Source: Gekko japonicus
Lineage: Eukaryota
Reading direction: 5' to 3'
NCBI RefSeq assembly: GCF_001447785.1
Contig: NW_015164710.1
Span: 124,281-188,280 of the forward strand
DNA: 64,000 nt
The position numbers and the translations under genes are program-made. Numbering within the stretch: position 1 is the first letter of the stretch; each line of letters starts with the position of its first letter. Below, piece after piece: positions 1-11,474 of this stretch. Below the pieces are notes generated by a model, which had not been told where the DNA came from, searched no databases, and saw only the letters and a program-made list of their open reading frames with translations.

Positions 1-394
1 CTTCTGGACCCCTAAGACCCACAGTGGCGGCTCCTTTGATCGCCTGCAGAGTTTTTCAAGCAGGCGAGCTCGATGGAAGCCAGGGAAACCCACGGCTTCC
101 TTGACGAAGAGGACCCCGCGGCGGCGGCGCTGTTGGCAGCAAGAGAGGAGCGACCTGGCGCCAACATGCCTTCATGGCTTGTGTGCGCTGCTGGCAATAA
201 ATCAGCCATTTTAGTGCCGCAGAAGATCTCCAAGTGGCCAACCATGCCAACCTCTCAGCGGGAGATATCATTGTAGGCCTTTCCCTCCGTGGCCAATCCC
301 TGTTAGTTCAACAGAACCTCTCTCTACAGATGGGTAATGTACCTGGGGCGCCTAGCATGCCTATAGATTTCTTTGCCCTTATGAAACAGGCCAT

Positions 395-1680
395 GTGAGA
401 TCCACAATATCTGCCATCCAGCCACCCCCACTGTTGGGGGGTCTGATTCCTATCCTGCTTCTCCTCCTCCAACCCCTCCCCCAGAGCCCAGACTGCCTCC
501 TAGAGAGAAACAGTGCCCCACCAAGGCTGCCCGAAAGAGTCCTTTGGATGCGAGTAGGGACAAAGGGCCCCAGTGGGAAGGGTTTCTACCCATTGATAGT
601 GATTCTGAGAGCAAGGAGGAGGGGGCGTTTTTATCAGATGAGGCCGAGGAGGAAGAAATGTTTGTGCCTGAGCCATCTACCCGCCTCTTTAAGCCAGAGG
701 GCTATCAGTTCTTATTGTCAATGACTGTAGCTGCCCTCCAACTCCATGATGTATCCAAAGGGGAAGAGGAGGCTAGATCAGGGATTCCAAGACCCGGGGA
801 ATGGAGGAATTTCCCCCCAGGGACGATGTCTCCCCGAAAGTCTTCCCCTTTCCTGAGTATTTTGAGAGACAGATGAAGGCTGAACGGTCTAAGCCAACAG
901 CCAACCGGCAATTCTTTCAGTTAGTCAAAAAACTATATACAGTAAGCCAACAGCCAACCGGCAATTCTTTCACTTTCAGTTAGTCAAAAAACTATATACA
1001 ATGCCTTCATTTGTACATGAGATGTTGCAGGTGCCCACAGTTGATGCCCCAGTGGCCACTCTGCAATCTTCCAGTCTCCTGTCAGAGGATGGTCAAGGCA
1101 CAGTTTGTGACAACTTCAGCAAGAAAAGGAAAAGGCTCTGTGGAGAACACATGAAGCACTAGCCATAGCCATCAGAGCTCTATAGTTTCCAGAGCTTCCA
1201 TTCTTTGGATGAGAAAACTGATTCAACTACTTCCAGAGAACAACAAACCCCTCCTGGAAGGTGCCAGCAGGCTTCTGAAAGCCAGTACCTTTACTGCAGA
1301 CGCCTCCTTAGACGTCCTTACATTTGCATCCAGAGCAATGGCCTCAGCAGCAGTAGCTAGACGTCTTCTCTGGCTCAGAGCCTGGCCAGCAGACTTACAT
1401 TCCAAAAACATTGTTCTGTCCTATCCCTTCCAAGGAGAAAAGCTATTTGGAGATGCCCTGGAAAAGATTTTGATTGAAACCAGAGACAAGAAGAAGGCAA
1501 TGCCTAAGACCCTTCAATGTTCTGACAGGCAGGGGGTATGTTGGCAATCAGCCCTTTTCGAACGCAGCATACGCTGCCCAGACCTAGACAGAACTCCAAG
1601 AGATCATCCTGGGGTTACTCATGCCAGAATTTTAAGAAAGGGACCTTCAACTCTAGGAACAATAGATATCCCTCATCCTG
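395..1680 (+). pseudogene. DIRS ORF1 gag-like (LAP2alpha-like) region, fragmented
   Basis: ORF 1209 carries ADASLDVLTFASRAMASAAVARRLLWLRAW...YPFQGEKLFGDALEKIL, typical of vertebrate DIRS ORF1; acidic stretch in ORF 544-876. Boundaries approximate. Confidence 0.75.
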
Positions 1681-1699
1681 CGTCGAAAGGCCGGGATTT

Positions 1700-3114
1700 T
1701 CAACAAACATGGCTCAATGCTCAAGCAGATGCCTGGACCTTAGAGGTTGTCTCTCAAGGTTGTGCCATAGAATTCAAGAGGCATCCACCGGAGCGCTTCA
1801 TCATTTCCCCTATGTGCAAGAACCCCCAAAGAAGGATGATAACACAAAAGGCGATCCAGCACCTCCTGGACATCAGAGCAGTGGAACTTGTTCCATCACA
1901 CCAGCATGGATGGCGGGCTACTCCATCTTCTTCATGGTTCCCAAAAAGAACGGGGACTGGAGAGCCATTCTAGACCTCAAGTTCCTGAACAAGTTCATCA
2001 AACTCCGTCACTTCCAGATGGAAACATTACGATTGGTCTCAGAGGCCATCCAACCAAACGAATTCATGACATCAATAGACCTCACAGAGGCGTACCTCCA
2101 TGTTTCTATCCTACCTTACATCGCCAGTTTCTGAGATTCTGTGTGGGCAAACTTCAGCTTCAGTTCTGAGCCATGCCCTTCAGACTTGCTACAGCACTGC
2201 GGGTATTTACCAAGCTCTTGGTCAATCCGATTGTTTGCCTCAGGGAGCAGGGCATACATGTTCACCTGTACGTGGATGACCTTCTGATCTGGTCCTGCTC
2301 ATGAGAGAAATCTCATCAGGACACTCTAACTACGATACACTACCTTCAGCATCACGGGTTCCTAATAAACTTGAACAAATGCTCCCTCCAGCCTTCTCAA
2401 AGACTGGAGCACTTGGGCATGGTTATAGACATGACAAAGTGTTCACTGTACCTCACGAGAGAGAAAGTGGAGAAGACCAAGCATCTGGTGGGACCAATAA
2501 TCTGAAGTAGGTCGTCATCTCTTATGGCAATGACCAAATTACTGGGTCTCCTGGTAAACGACAACTTTACTGGGGTTGTCTCCACCTCAGGCTCTGTAGT
2601 CTTTCCTCAGACCCTTTCAACAACAGATGATGGAAGATTCTCGACCTCACAGTGCCACTGATGGTCAAGAACAGCCTGAAGTGGTGGACCAGGTACACCA
2701 ATCTAGGTCAGGGCAGGAGGTTCCTCGTAGCACAGGAGAGCCAGATATTCATGGATGCCAGCCTCATGGGCTGGGGAGCTACACTGAACAACGATCCAGT
2801 CCAGGGTTGCTGGACGGTCCACGAAGTGACCCTACCCATCAATATACTGGAGCTGGGAGCCATCCGCTTTGTGCTTCTACACTTCAGGGACCAGATTCAG
2901 AATGGCCAGATTCAGAATGGTTCGGACGGACAATCACTTCAGGGACCAGATTCAGAATGGCCATGGTCTGGTTCGGACGGACAGTGGCTCAGCAAAGACA
3001 TACATAAACAAGCAAGGGGCGTCCAGGTCATTGAGGCTTCACAGAGAAGCTGTTCAGTTACTCTCATGGGTGGAGGACCACCTTGCCTCAATCAGAGGCG
3101 GACTGGTTGAGTAG
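1700..3114 (+). pseudogene. DIRS reverse transcriptase / RNase H, frameshifted
   Basis: YSIFFMVPKKNGDWRAILDLKFLNKFI...FQMETL...SIDLTEAYLHV; catalytic YVDD at 2269-2280; RNase H motifs MDASLMGWGA and INILELGAI; YINKQGASRS. Confidence 0.93.
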
Positions 3115-3135
3115 GGAGACTATCCGACATGGAGA

Positions 3136-3537
3136 ATGGTCACTGAAAAAAGAGATCTGATTCTGTCAAGGTTTGGAACTCCCCTCCTGGATCTCTTTGC
3201 ATCTCAGGACAACCATCAGTTACTGAGATTCATGCCCAGATTCTATTACCCACTGGTAGAGGGGATGGACGTGTTGATGGTCCTGTGGCTGACAGGCCTT
3301 TTCTATGCCTTTCCTTCCATTCCAATCATCCCCAAGCTTCTGTGGAAGATCAAGGAACAGGGGGCGGAAGTGTTAGTGGTGGCCCTGTGGTGGCCACGAT
3401 GGCCATGGTCCTCCACTCATCATCAAATGGCGATGGCCTCTGGACATGCTTCATCAGGGGCTGATCTGGCACTCTCATCCAGATTGCCTCTGCTTAACTG
3501 TGTGGAAATTGAATGGGATGCCTTCCTAAAGCTATGA
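3136..3537 (+). pseudogene. DIRS DNA N6-adenine methyltransferase-like domain
   Basis: DLFASQDN...FYAFPS...LLWKIKEQGAEVLVVALWWPRWPW: the DLFAS / YAFPP / PxWPxxxW signature found after RNase H in DIRS1 elements. Confidence 0.82.
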
Positions 3538-3626
3538 CGTGAGGTCACTGAAACCATTTTGGCCTCAAGAAAGTGACCCACAGTTAGAATTGATAATGTT
3601 TCACATGTTGGAGCAGGAGGAAAGCA

Positions 3627-4714
3627 GTGGACGTGCTTAATCCTCCATTAGATGCCATACTGAGCTTCCTTCAAGATGGACTCAAATCCGGTTTCAAGTC
3701 AGCCATGCTCAGGAAACAGGTGGCAGCTCTGGCCACAATCCTGCCACCAATGGATGGTTTCTTCTTGTCCAGACATCCTCATGTCCAATGTTTTCTACAT
3801 GGAGCTACCCTCAAGAGTCATTCTGCGATACATCACCTTCCTACCTGGCGCCTTCACACAGTACTGTCGGCACTGACCAAACATCCCTTTGAACCTATCA
3901 AGGCTGTACATCCCTTTGAACCAATCCAGACACCATCTTCCTCATGGTGATCAGCTCCGCTATTAGGATTTTGGAGTTAGGCACCTTGTCGATCAAATCA
4001 GAACTTTGCATTTTCCACAAAGACAAGGTGGTGCTCCGCACTGACTCAACCTTTCTACCAAAAGTCTCTTCCACTTTTCACAGAGCTCAAGAAATATGCT
4101 TACCATCCTTCTGTCCGACTCCGACACACTCCACGGAGAAGTTATGGCATAGTCTGGATGTTTGGAGGGCACTGAAGACATACCTGATCCATATGGAAGA
4201 CATTTGGTGCTCTGATTTTCTGTTAATCAATATTTCAAACCTCAAGATAGGGAAGATGTCGTCAGCAGCCATAGGTGTGGTCCTTAAAAAATCCTTCTGT
4301 CCGACTCCGACACACTCCAGGGAGAAGTTATGGCATAGTCTGGATGTTCGGAGGGCACTGAAGACATACCTGATCCACATGGAAGACATTTGGTGCTCTG
4401 ATTCTCTGTTCATCAATATTTCAAACCCCAAGATAGGGAAGAAGATGTTGTCAGCAGCCATAGGTGTGGTCCTTAAAACCTGCATTGTGTAGGTATATAA
4501 GGCTCTCGGTCTTGAGGTTCTTCAGGGCATAACAGCACACTCAGCCAGGAGCGCTGCCACCAATGTGGCCTTTCTCAAGAATGCTTCGGTGGAAGAGGTC
4601 TGCAAAGCAGCAACCTGGTCATCCCTATCGACCTTTGTGTGACATTGCAAGCTAAACCTGTACATATCAGTGGACCATTGGGAGAGAAGTGTTGCAGCAT
4701 GTGATTTTGGATGA
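3627..4714 (+). pseudogene. DIRS tyrosine recombinase, inactivated
   Basis: ILSFLQDG...HPFEP...ISSAIRILEL...FLPKVSSTFHRAQEICLPSF...HSLDVRRAL; HSAR at 4538-4549; AATW; TGA at 4640-4642 and the presumed catalytic Tyr codon now TGC (4646-4648). Confidence 0.9.
4105..4478 (+). repeat. ~186-bp tandem duplication within the DIRS YR
   Basis: Units 4105-4290 and 4291-4478; the peptide SFCPTPTHS...AIGVVLK appears twice in ORF 3944-4492. Confidence 0.95.
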
Positions 4715-4737
4715 AGATGACATCCCACCCAGATCTT

Positions 4738-4871
4738 TTTTTTTAATGATAATTTTTATTGAATTTCCAAACATTTTTAAAACAAATACAAAACATAAAC
4801 CCCACCACCTACCAACACCCGTACTGGTCTATGTCTATCTTGATACCTAAATCCGCCTCTATAATTGATTA
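4738..4871 (-). mobile_element. Short poly(A) retroposed fragment (L1/Tx1-type 3' end) nested in the DIRS element
   Basis: 16-bp TSD ATCCCACCCAGATCTT at 4722-4737 and 4872-4887; poly-T and TTTATT at the left end; minus-strand target TT/AAGA. Confidence 0.8.
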
Positions 4872-4891
4872 ATCCCACCCAGATCTTAAGC

Positions 4892-5287
4892 ACACCCAAA
4901 GATGTCCTCCACCTCAGAGGGAGAATGGACCTTTGGACACTTACCGTGAGAGGTCCTTCTCATCTAAGGAGGACATCTTGCCCATCCTGAATCTTTTGTT
5001 CTTCTTTCTGCTGCTACACCTCTTTTGCCTTTCTCTCTGCTCTTCCTGTTTAAGGCCTGTTGCCAGTTAAAGTTTGTTTTTCATGTTGGAGTCTGTTAAA
5101 GTTACTGGGAAGTTTACACACTACTGCTGTGCGGAGTCACCTGAACTAAAAGTAAGAGGTGTCCCATACGCCAGACAGGAAGAAGAATCTAGTTCCTGCC
5201 TCCCTGATTGGGCGGTGGGAAACACCCAAAGATGTCCTTTTCTCAGAGGAGAAATACCCCTCACAGTAAGTGTCCAAAGGTCCATTT
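4892..5287 (+). repeat. DIRS internal complementary region (ICR, ~4892-4980) and right terminal repeat (~5160-5287)
   Basis: AATGGACCTTTGGACACTTACCGTGAG (4924-4950) is the reverse complement (1 mismatch) of CTCACAGTAAGTGTCCAAAGGTCCATT (5260-5286); ACACCCAAAGATGTCCT is directly repeated at 4892 and 5222. Confidence 0.88.
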
Positions 5288-6089
5288 TAGTCTTCATTCA
5301 TTCACTTATTAATTTGATTTATTTGGAAAGTGTGTATGCTTCCTCTCTACAGGCCTGCTTAAGGCAGCTTACAGCTAAAACAATAAAACCAAGTCATTAA
5401 AAGAAAGCAATTAAAAACAAGCCGGAGCATTAATACAGCACAAAACACACATCAGGCAGCCTAAAATTATATTGATAAAAGCAGCAGTCACTCAAGAACC
5501 TAACCATAAAAAACCTTTTTTAAAAAAGAAAAAGCTAAAACCATTTAGTTAAAACCCTTGAAAATCATTATCAGTCAATATCTGACAGTTCCCTCTTGGT
5601 CAGTACAGCAGTAGCATCAGGATATATTTCATGAAGACCAAACAAGTGGAAGTCTGCAGATTTTTTTTGTACAGCAAAGTGCTCTTTCTTGGGCTATTTC
5701 CCCCCCCCCCATACACACAACGAATGCTAGAAAGAGCCACCCCTGGAGAGATGCTTCCTGAAGAGGAGGCGGTCATCCTCCTTCTAGACGTACTCTGGGA
5801 TACAGTGATGAGGATCAATTTGAGTGCATTTGTTCAAAATCAATACGAGTGCTCTTTATTCACAGGGTGCCCGTGTTCTAGCCATGCTGATCTCCTGTCC
5901 ATTTGTACCGGTGCCTTCTTTCGGTGGAGAGATTTTCTGCATTTCACCTTTTTTTTGCAGAAAAGCTCTGAACCAGAAGACTCTTACAGACATACCCTGA
6001 AAGACCAAACAAACCTCTGTTATACAAACGGAGCGACAGTGGTAACAGTACAATTCTAAACGGAGTTATAACCTTCTAAGCCGCAACAA

Positions 6090-6397
6090 GGTGCCCATGG
6101 TCACCGTGGTGCCCGCTGACCCCTTTTCTGGTGCCCATCAAATGTTTTTAGGAAGTGGGTGGGGCCAGGTAGGACTTTTGCCCAGCAAGGTTTCTGAATG
6201 GCTGTGCAGATTTTAAAAAATGTTGTTCTGGCAACGGCTGCCACCACAGCCCAAGGATCTATACTGTGTCACTGAAGTTAAGACGTGGTAATCACAGTGG
6301 CTGGCTCCGCCTCCTGAGGCAGCCATTTTGTTTCTGCGCCCACTGTAACGATGCCAGAATTCCAAATGTGCTCACAGGCTCAAAAGGGTTGGGGACT
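6090..6397 (+). mobile_element. Non-autonomous hAT-like DNA element (other copies ~23975-24248 and ~43787-44138)
   Basis: Three dispersed similar copies sharing GGTGGGGCCAGGT..GGCTTTTGCCCAGCAAGG...CAGCCATTTTG...CAGGCTCAAAA.GGTTGGGGAC. Confidence 0.65.
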
Positions 6398-7463
6398 TTA
6401 GAAGCCCACTGATTAGAAGAGTGTCACCTGCTTCGGACTGCGCTGTAAAACCCTTGGCCTCCCAATTGATTCACTAATAAATCGGTGGCTAGCACACATA
6501 ACTTCTCCCCCACAATCGCAGTGGACCAATAGAATTAAAGTAAATATTGGAATTGCTAGCACTTTAATATTGTCTGATGTTAGCATTGTTTATACTATTG
6601 TATTGCATTAATGTTTTTATGTACTATGTTTTATGTAGTATGATAACTTTTACCTGGTTGCGAGCCGCCCTGAGCCAGCCTAGGATGGAATGGGCGGGAT
6701 ATAAATAAATAAATAAATAAATGAAACTAGAAAGCAGGGTAGCTGTTCCCCAGTTCTTTCTGCGTTTTGCTCTTTCTTTGAAAAATAAAGAAATTCAGCA
6801 GTTGAATTTTCCCAGACCGCTTTAACTGTCTAATAATACTGTTTTTCCATGTGAAAAATGTGTTTGGGTTGCAAGAGGCCACTGATTTTGCTTCCATAAT
6901 TACTTCTCCCTCTCTCATTAGACGGATATACACTGCGGCCCCATGTGCTCACTGCAGGTGACCAGGCGGAGGTGGGGCGGGGCAGGGCACTCATATCCCC
7001 TCTCCCTCCTTCATGCACTCAGTGACCATGTGGAACAGTCATCTGTGCTGGGCCATGTCCCTTCTTATCAACCAAATGTGACTCTATCACATACAGTAGC
7101 AACAGCAGATACATGTAATATATTGCCTAATGACCACTTATGAGAAACTGCTGGAAAAAAACCTGCCCTGCTAGATTGAGTGGAGGGGCTCGTACTGCGG
7201 TGCTGACTTTGCGGTCCGAGAGGATCACATTAAACTGGGGTTCCAGACATTTCAGCAAAATACAGACTTTAAAAAATATTTTTATTTCATGTTATAATTA
7301 TGTACAGTTATACACATAAAATAAAGGGAGGAAAAATTGATTCCATGCATTTGACAGTATTTTGCCAAACTGCACCTATACTAGAGAAATCTTCATTATT
7401 TTTGCAGAGCAGATAATTTTATATTTAAATAAAAAGTATTAACTTTACCAACAAATGATCTTT

Positions 7464-7720
7464 GTGTGTGTGTGTGGGGGGGGGGGGTTTTTTTTTTGTG
7501 TGTGTGTGTGTGCTTGCATGCCTGGAAGTCATGGTGACTTCTGGCAACCTCTAGTGGGGTTTGGATGTTTCAGAGAGGTGGCTTGATTGCCTGCCTCTGC
7601 TTCCCGGGCCCTGGTATTCCTTGGAGGTCTCTCTTTCAATTACTTGCCACACTCAGCCTTGCTTAGTTCCCAAGATCTGACGAGATCGGGCTTGCCTGGG
7701 CTATCCAGGTCCTGACAGCA
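7464..7720 (-). mobile_element. 5S rRNA-derived SINE (tail type B)
   Basis: Reverse complement of a 5S-like head plus (CA)n tail; TSD AACAAATGATCTTT at 7450-7463 and 7721-7734. Confidence 0.85.
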
Positions 7721-7812
7721 AACAAATGATCTTTTTGTAGGACTTATTTTAACCTTCTGACTTTAGCTAGTACAAGCCCGGTGGTCATTATTATACTTAG
7801 CTTTTTTGGTAC

Positions 7813-8146
7813 TGGTTAAGACACTGAACTGCAGGCTGTGGAAGGTCAGTAGTTCAGCAGTTCGAGTCCCGGGTGCCACATGATGGAGTGAGCTCCCATC
7901 TCTAGTTCCAGCTCCGACCAACCTAGCAGTTCGAAAGCAAGAAATTGCAAGTAGATAAATAGATACCACTTCGGTGGGAAGGTAACAGCGTTCCGTGCGC
8001 CTTGGTGTTTAGTCATGCCAGCCACATGACCACGGAAACGTCTTTGGACAGCGCTGGCTCTTCAGCTTTGAAATGGAGATGAGCACCGCAACCCTAGAGT
8101 CGGATTCGACTGGCTTTCGAGCAAGGGAACCTTTACCTTTTTACCA
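7813..8146 (+). mobile_element. Sauria SINE, slightly 5' truncated
   Basis: GGTTAAGACACTGAACTGC...CCAACCTAGCAGTTCGAAAGCA...GAGCAAGGGAACCTTTACCTT tail. Confidence 0.92.
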
Positions 8147-8246
8147 CATAATTAAGTAAGAAAAATTCTGGAGAATGAACCGCTGTGAAGTCAAGTCCTT
8201 TTGACAATGTAATGGAAACTAATTTCCAATAATTTTGTGCTCTAGG

Positions 8247-8444
8247 CAGTGCTTCCTCTAAGCTGAGTTAGTGTGAGCTAGCTCAGTTTTTTAGCCTCCA
8301 ACTCACACATTTTTGGTCAGGAAGGATGGCTCCAGGGCAAGCTAATTTATGCAGGAGCCAAATCGCTCGCTCACAGCTTTAATGCCAGTAGCTCACAAAG
8401 TAGAATTTTTGCTCACAAGACTCCACAGCTTCGAGGGAGCATTG
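8247..8444 (+). mobile_element. ~205-bp hAT-type MITE, family A
   Basis: TIRs CAGTGCTTCCTCTAAGCT / AGCTTCGAGGGAGCATTG; 8-bp TSD GCTCTAGG/GCTGTAGG. Confidence 0.9.
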
Positions 8445-8532
8445 GCTGTAGGACATTTCCACCACATGTGAAAATAATCCGCATGTAAGTTGTTGCAATA
8501 CCAGAAACAGTTGCTTATGCCTTGGTACATTC

Positions 8533-8697
8533 TCTACTTTGTGAGCTACTGGCATTAAAGTTGTGAGCGAGCATTTTGGCTGCTGCATAAATAGTCCGCT
8601 CTGGAGCCATCCTTCCTGAGCGAAGACAAAAATGTGTGAGCCAGAGGCTAAAAAACTGTGAGCTAGCTCACACTAACTCAGCTTAGAGGGAACACTG
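8533..8697 (-). mobile_element. hAT-type MITE family A, partial inverted copy
   Basis: Reverse complement of 8247-8410; ends GCTTAGAGGGAACACTG. Confidence 0.88.
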
Positions 8698-9164
8698 GTG
8701 GTGAGTCCCAGCCCTGCGGGAGGCATTGTTGAGCTCTTAGGCAAGCCCAGCTCACACTGCTGAAAACAGTGGAAACAGCTTCTTCTTTTTTGGAAGCAGC
8801 TGGAAAATGAAGCCAACGTCAGACTGTTTTGACACAGCTTGAGTGCCCATAATTGTGACTGGCAATGACATAGACTGCCCTTGCCAGATTCTATGTGAGA
8901 GATTAGCCGTTGTATCAGGGGTGAGGATTCTGGCTCAGTAAAAGGATGGATCGGGTTTTGATGCTTGAGGAACAGAATGGACAGGACGACTTCAACTAGT
9001 CTGGGAATCCAGGGGAAAGGAGCTGTTTCTTATTAGTGTCTTGTTGCTCAATGTTGGTATGTGGAGACAGATTGTCATAAAGCTGTGTTGGTTCTTGTGG
9101 AGGCTGTGGGTGGAGTCACAGCGCAGTGGTGTAAAACAGGAGAAAGAAAGTTAAGAAAGCAGGT

Positions 9165-9293
9165 ACATGCGCACTTCTTCAGATACATGCACATGACAGC
9201 TCCTACCCAGAATTAAACTTCTTTGGTCTTAAAGGTGCCACTGGACTGAAACTTTGTTCTGTTGCTTCAGACCAACACAGCTACCCACCTGAA
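9165..9293. mobile_element. Penelope-like terminal fragment
   Basis: CACTTCTTCAGATAC...TTGGTCTTAAAGGTGCCACTGGACT...CAGACCAACACAGCTACCCACCTGAA; same family as 23163-23350. Confidence 0.65.
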
Positions 9294-9824
9294 AACAAAA
9301 ACAATTCCAGCAGTTAGCACACTCCAGAGGGGGGCATTCTGTCAGAATGACCACGGCTTCTTTCAAGTGGGCGGAGAACCGTTGAAATCGCTCAAGCTAT
9401 TTCTGTAGGAAAGAAGCTAACGTTGTGATCCTGCCAGAGAAGAGTCGTAGGGTTGGCACTACAGGAAGGCAAGTTCTGGATGGAGAATTGAAAAAAGGCA
9501 AGGCCTGGATATGGGGGAGTGGGGGGTGGAGGAAGTCATCTGTGGCAGCCCAAGTGCAGAGCTACTTCAGGGCGCTTTGCGGTGGGATGACGGGGAAGAA
9601 CAAGCCAACCAGTGATTAGATATGAAATACTGATTGTGATTTCTGTCTTGATTGAGGCTGTGATGTTTTTGACAAGAGTTCTGAGTCTAGTATTTATTTA
9701 CCGTGTCTGATCGATACCTAAATTAAGGCTGCCATCCTCAGCAGGTTTTCCCAGATGAAAGTTCTGCTGAAATGAGCGGCACTTGTAAATGTGTTTCCGT
9801 TCAGATTTTGTGAGTTAAGGCCCT

Positions 9825-10097
9825 GAGGTACTCGTTCATGGGCTCAGGAGCCATACATGGTTGTTTGAGATGCCGCCTGTGACACTACTGAGCAGCCGTA
9901 CCCAACATGGTGCCTGTCCTGTATCTGGGGCTTGTGTTTGGCAGGTGGTTCCCACCTTAAAAGCCGCTGCCAGAGGGTCAGCTGTGAGCCTCCCTTATGT
10001 GCAAGCCTCATGCCAGAGATGGAAGCAAATGTGGCTCCTTTGATTGACGATAATTGTGGATGTGGTGGTCCATGAACCACCGAGTGAGTACCACTGT
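9825..10097 (+). mobile_element. Old dispersed repeat, probable hAT-type MITE (second copy ~24707-24935)
   Basis: Shared blocks AGGAGCCA..TTTGAGATGCC..GCAGGTGGT..GCTGTGAGC..GCCTCATGCCAG.GATGGAAG.AAATGTGGCT..CCATGAACCAC. Confidence 0.55.
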
Positions 10098-10107
10098 ATT
10101 AAGGTAA

Positions 10108-10693
10108 AACAGATCTGAGTCAAGGAGCACCTTAGAAACTGACAAGAGTTTCAGTGTTTAATCTTTGGCTCTTGATTACCCTAAAACTCATCATCATCAT
10201 CATCATCATCATCATCGACCTTCATTGGCATAGTATTAGGTAAAGGTAAAGGTTCCCTTGCTCGAAAGCCAGTCGAATCCGACTCTAGGGTTGCGGTGCT
10301 CATCTCCGTTTCAAAGCCGAAGAGCCAGCGCTGTCCGAAGACATTTCCGTGGTCATGTGGCCGGCGTGACTAAACACCAAGGTGCACGGAACGCTGTTAC
10401 CTTCCCACTGAAGTGGTACCTATTTATCTACTTGCAATTTCTTGCTTTCGAACTGCTAGGTTGGCAGGAACTGGAACTAGAGACGGGAGCTCACTCCGTC
10501 ATGCGGCACACTCGGGTCTCGAACTGCTGAACTACCGACCTTCCACAGCCTGCAGTTCAGCGTCTTAACCACTTGAGCCACCGCAGCTCCTTGGCATAGT
10601 ATTACAGAAAGATAAAAATAAGATAAAACTTTTATTGATCTCTAAGGTGCTGCTTGACCCGAGTTTAACTGTTCTACATGGCTACCCACTGAA
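10108..10693. mobile_element. Penelope-like inverted fragment containing a (CAT)n microsatellite and a nested Sauria SINE
   Basis: 15-bp direct repeat ACTGTATTAAGGTAA at 10093-10107 and 10694-10708; inverted arms GAGTCAAGGAGCACCTTAGA / TCTAAGGTGCTGCTTGACCC. Confidence 0.65.
10239..10590 (-). mobile_element. Sauria SINE, full length
   Basis: (AAAGGT)n tail at left, GCAGCTCC head at right; 14-bp TSD TTGGCATAGTATTA. Confidence 0.95.
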
Positions 10694-11474
10694 ACTGTAT
10701 TAAGGTAAGAAGAGGCTAGCTGCGGTCATTTGGTAACTAAGGAAGTGTTCTGCCAGTCAGCCCTTTCTTCTAGCCTCGTTAACATTTATGGCTGAAAACA
10801 CCATTTATATCATATGCTATTTATTTATCTACTTACTTTCATACTTTGTTTATAGTCCGCTTTCTCTCTGAGACTCTTGGTGGATTGCAGCATTTAAAAG
10901 CAATGCCATAAAACCGTGTAAAACACATAATAAACATTGCAGTAAGGCTGGATCAAAACATTTCAGAATAGTCTGATAAAAACAGTAGATGACATGCTGC
11001 TCCGTGAACAGTGCAAAAACTGGATCACAAAAATAGAAAATAATTCAGTAAGAAAGAAGATAATGCATACAGTAAACGGTACAACAAATTACAACCCTCT
11101 TCCATTTATAAAGCAGATACAGAAAGGGACTTGAATTTTTGTTTTGTATTTGGCTTTTCCAGTCATTTGGGAATGCTGGTTGTGGTTTTTTTAGTACATT
11201 TGATTAGATTGTTTAGTACATTTGATTGTTTAAAAATTTAGTACATTAGATTAGATTGTTAAAAAATCATTATCGTCTACTCTCACATGGGGTCCCCAGT
11301 GGTGTTATCCAAGGGATTGACCCAAGTTCATAACCACTTAGCATCAGCCCTGCTGTCTCATCAGGTGTTTCCCAGACTCCTCACTAGTCCCTGTATAATT
11401 ATACTTTAATGAATTTAAATAGTTGGACTGCCAGAAACCAATCACACTCATTTATACACTACTAATAATTTTAT

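Larger units (their letters stand above)
1..5287 (+). mobile_element. DIRS1-like tyrosine-recombinase retrotransposon, decayed; 5' end lies upstream of the window
   Basis: Ordered gag, RT, RNase H, methyltransferase-like and YR motifs, followed by an internal complementary region and right terminal repeat; multiple stops and frameshifts. Confidence 0.95.

Noticed and set aside
10258-10530. Recurrent ORF MLESQSNPTLGLRCSSPFQSRR... (also 17151, 22523, 52095) as a multicopy gene
   Set aside because: Antisense reading frame of the Sauria SINE; no coding evidence.
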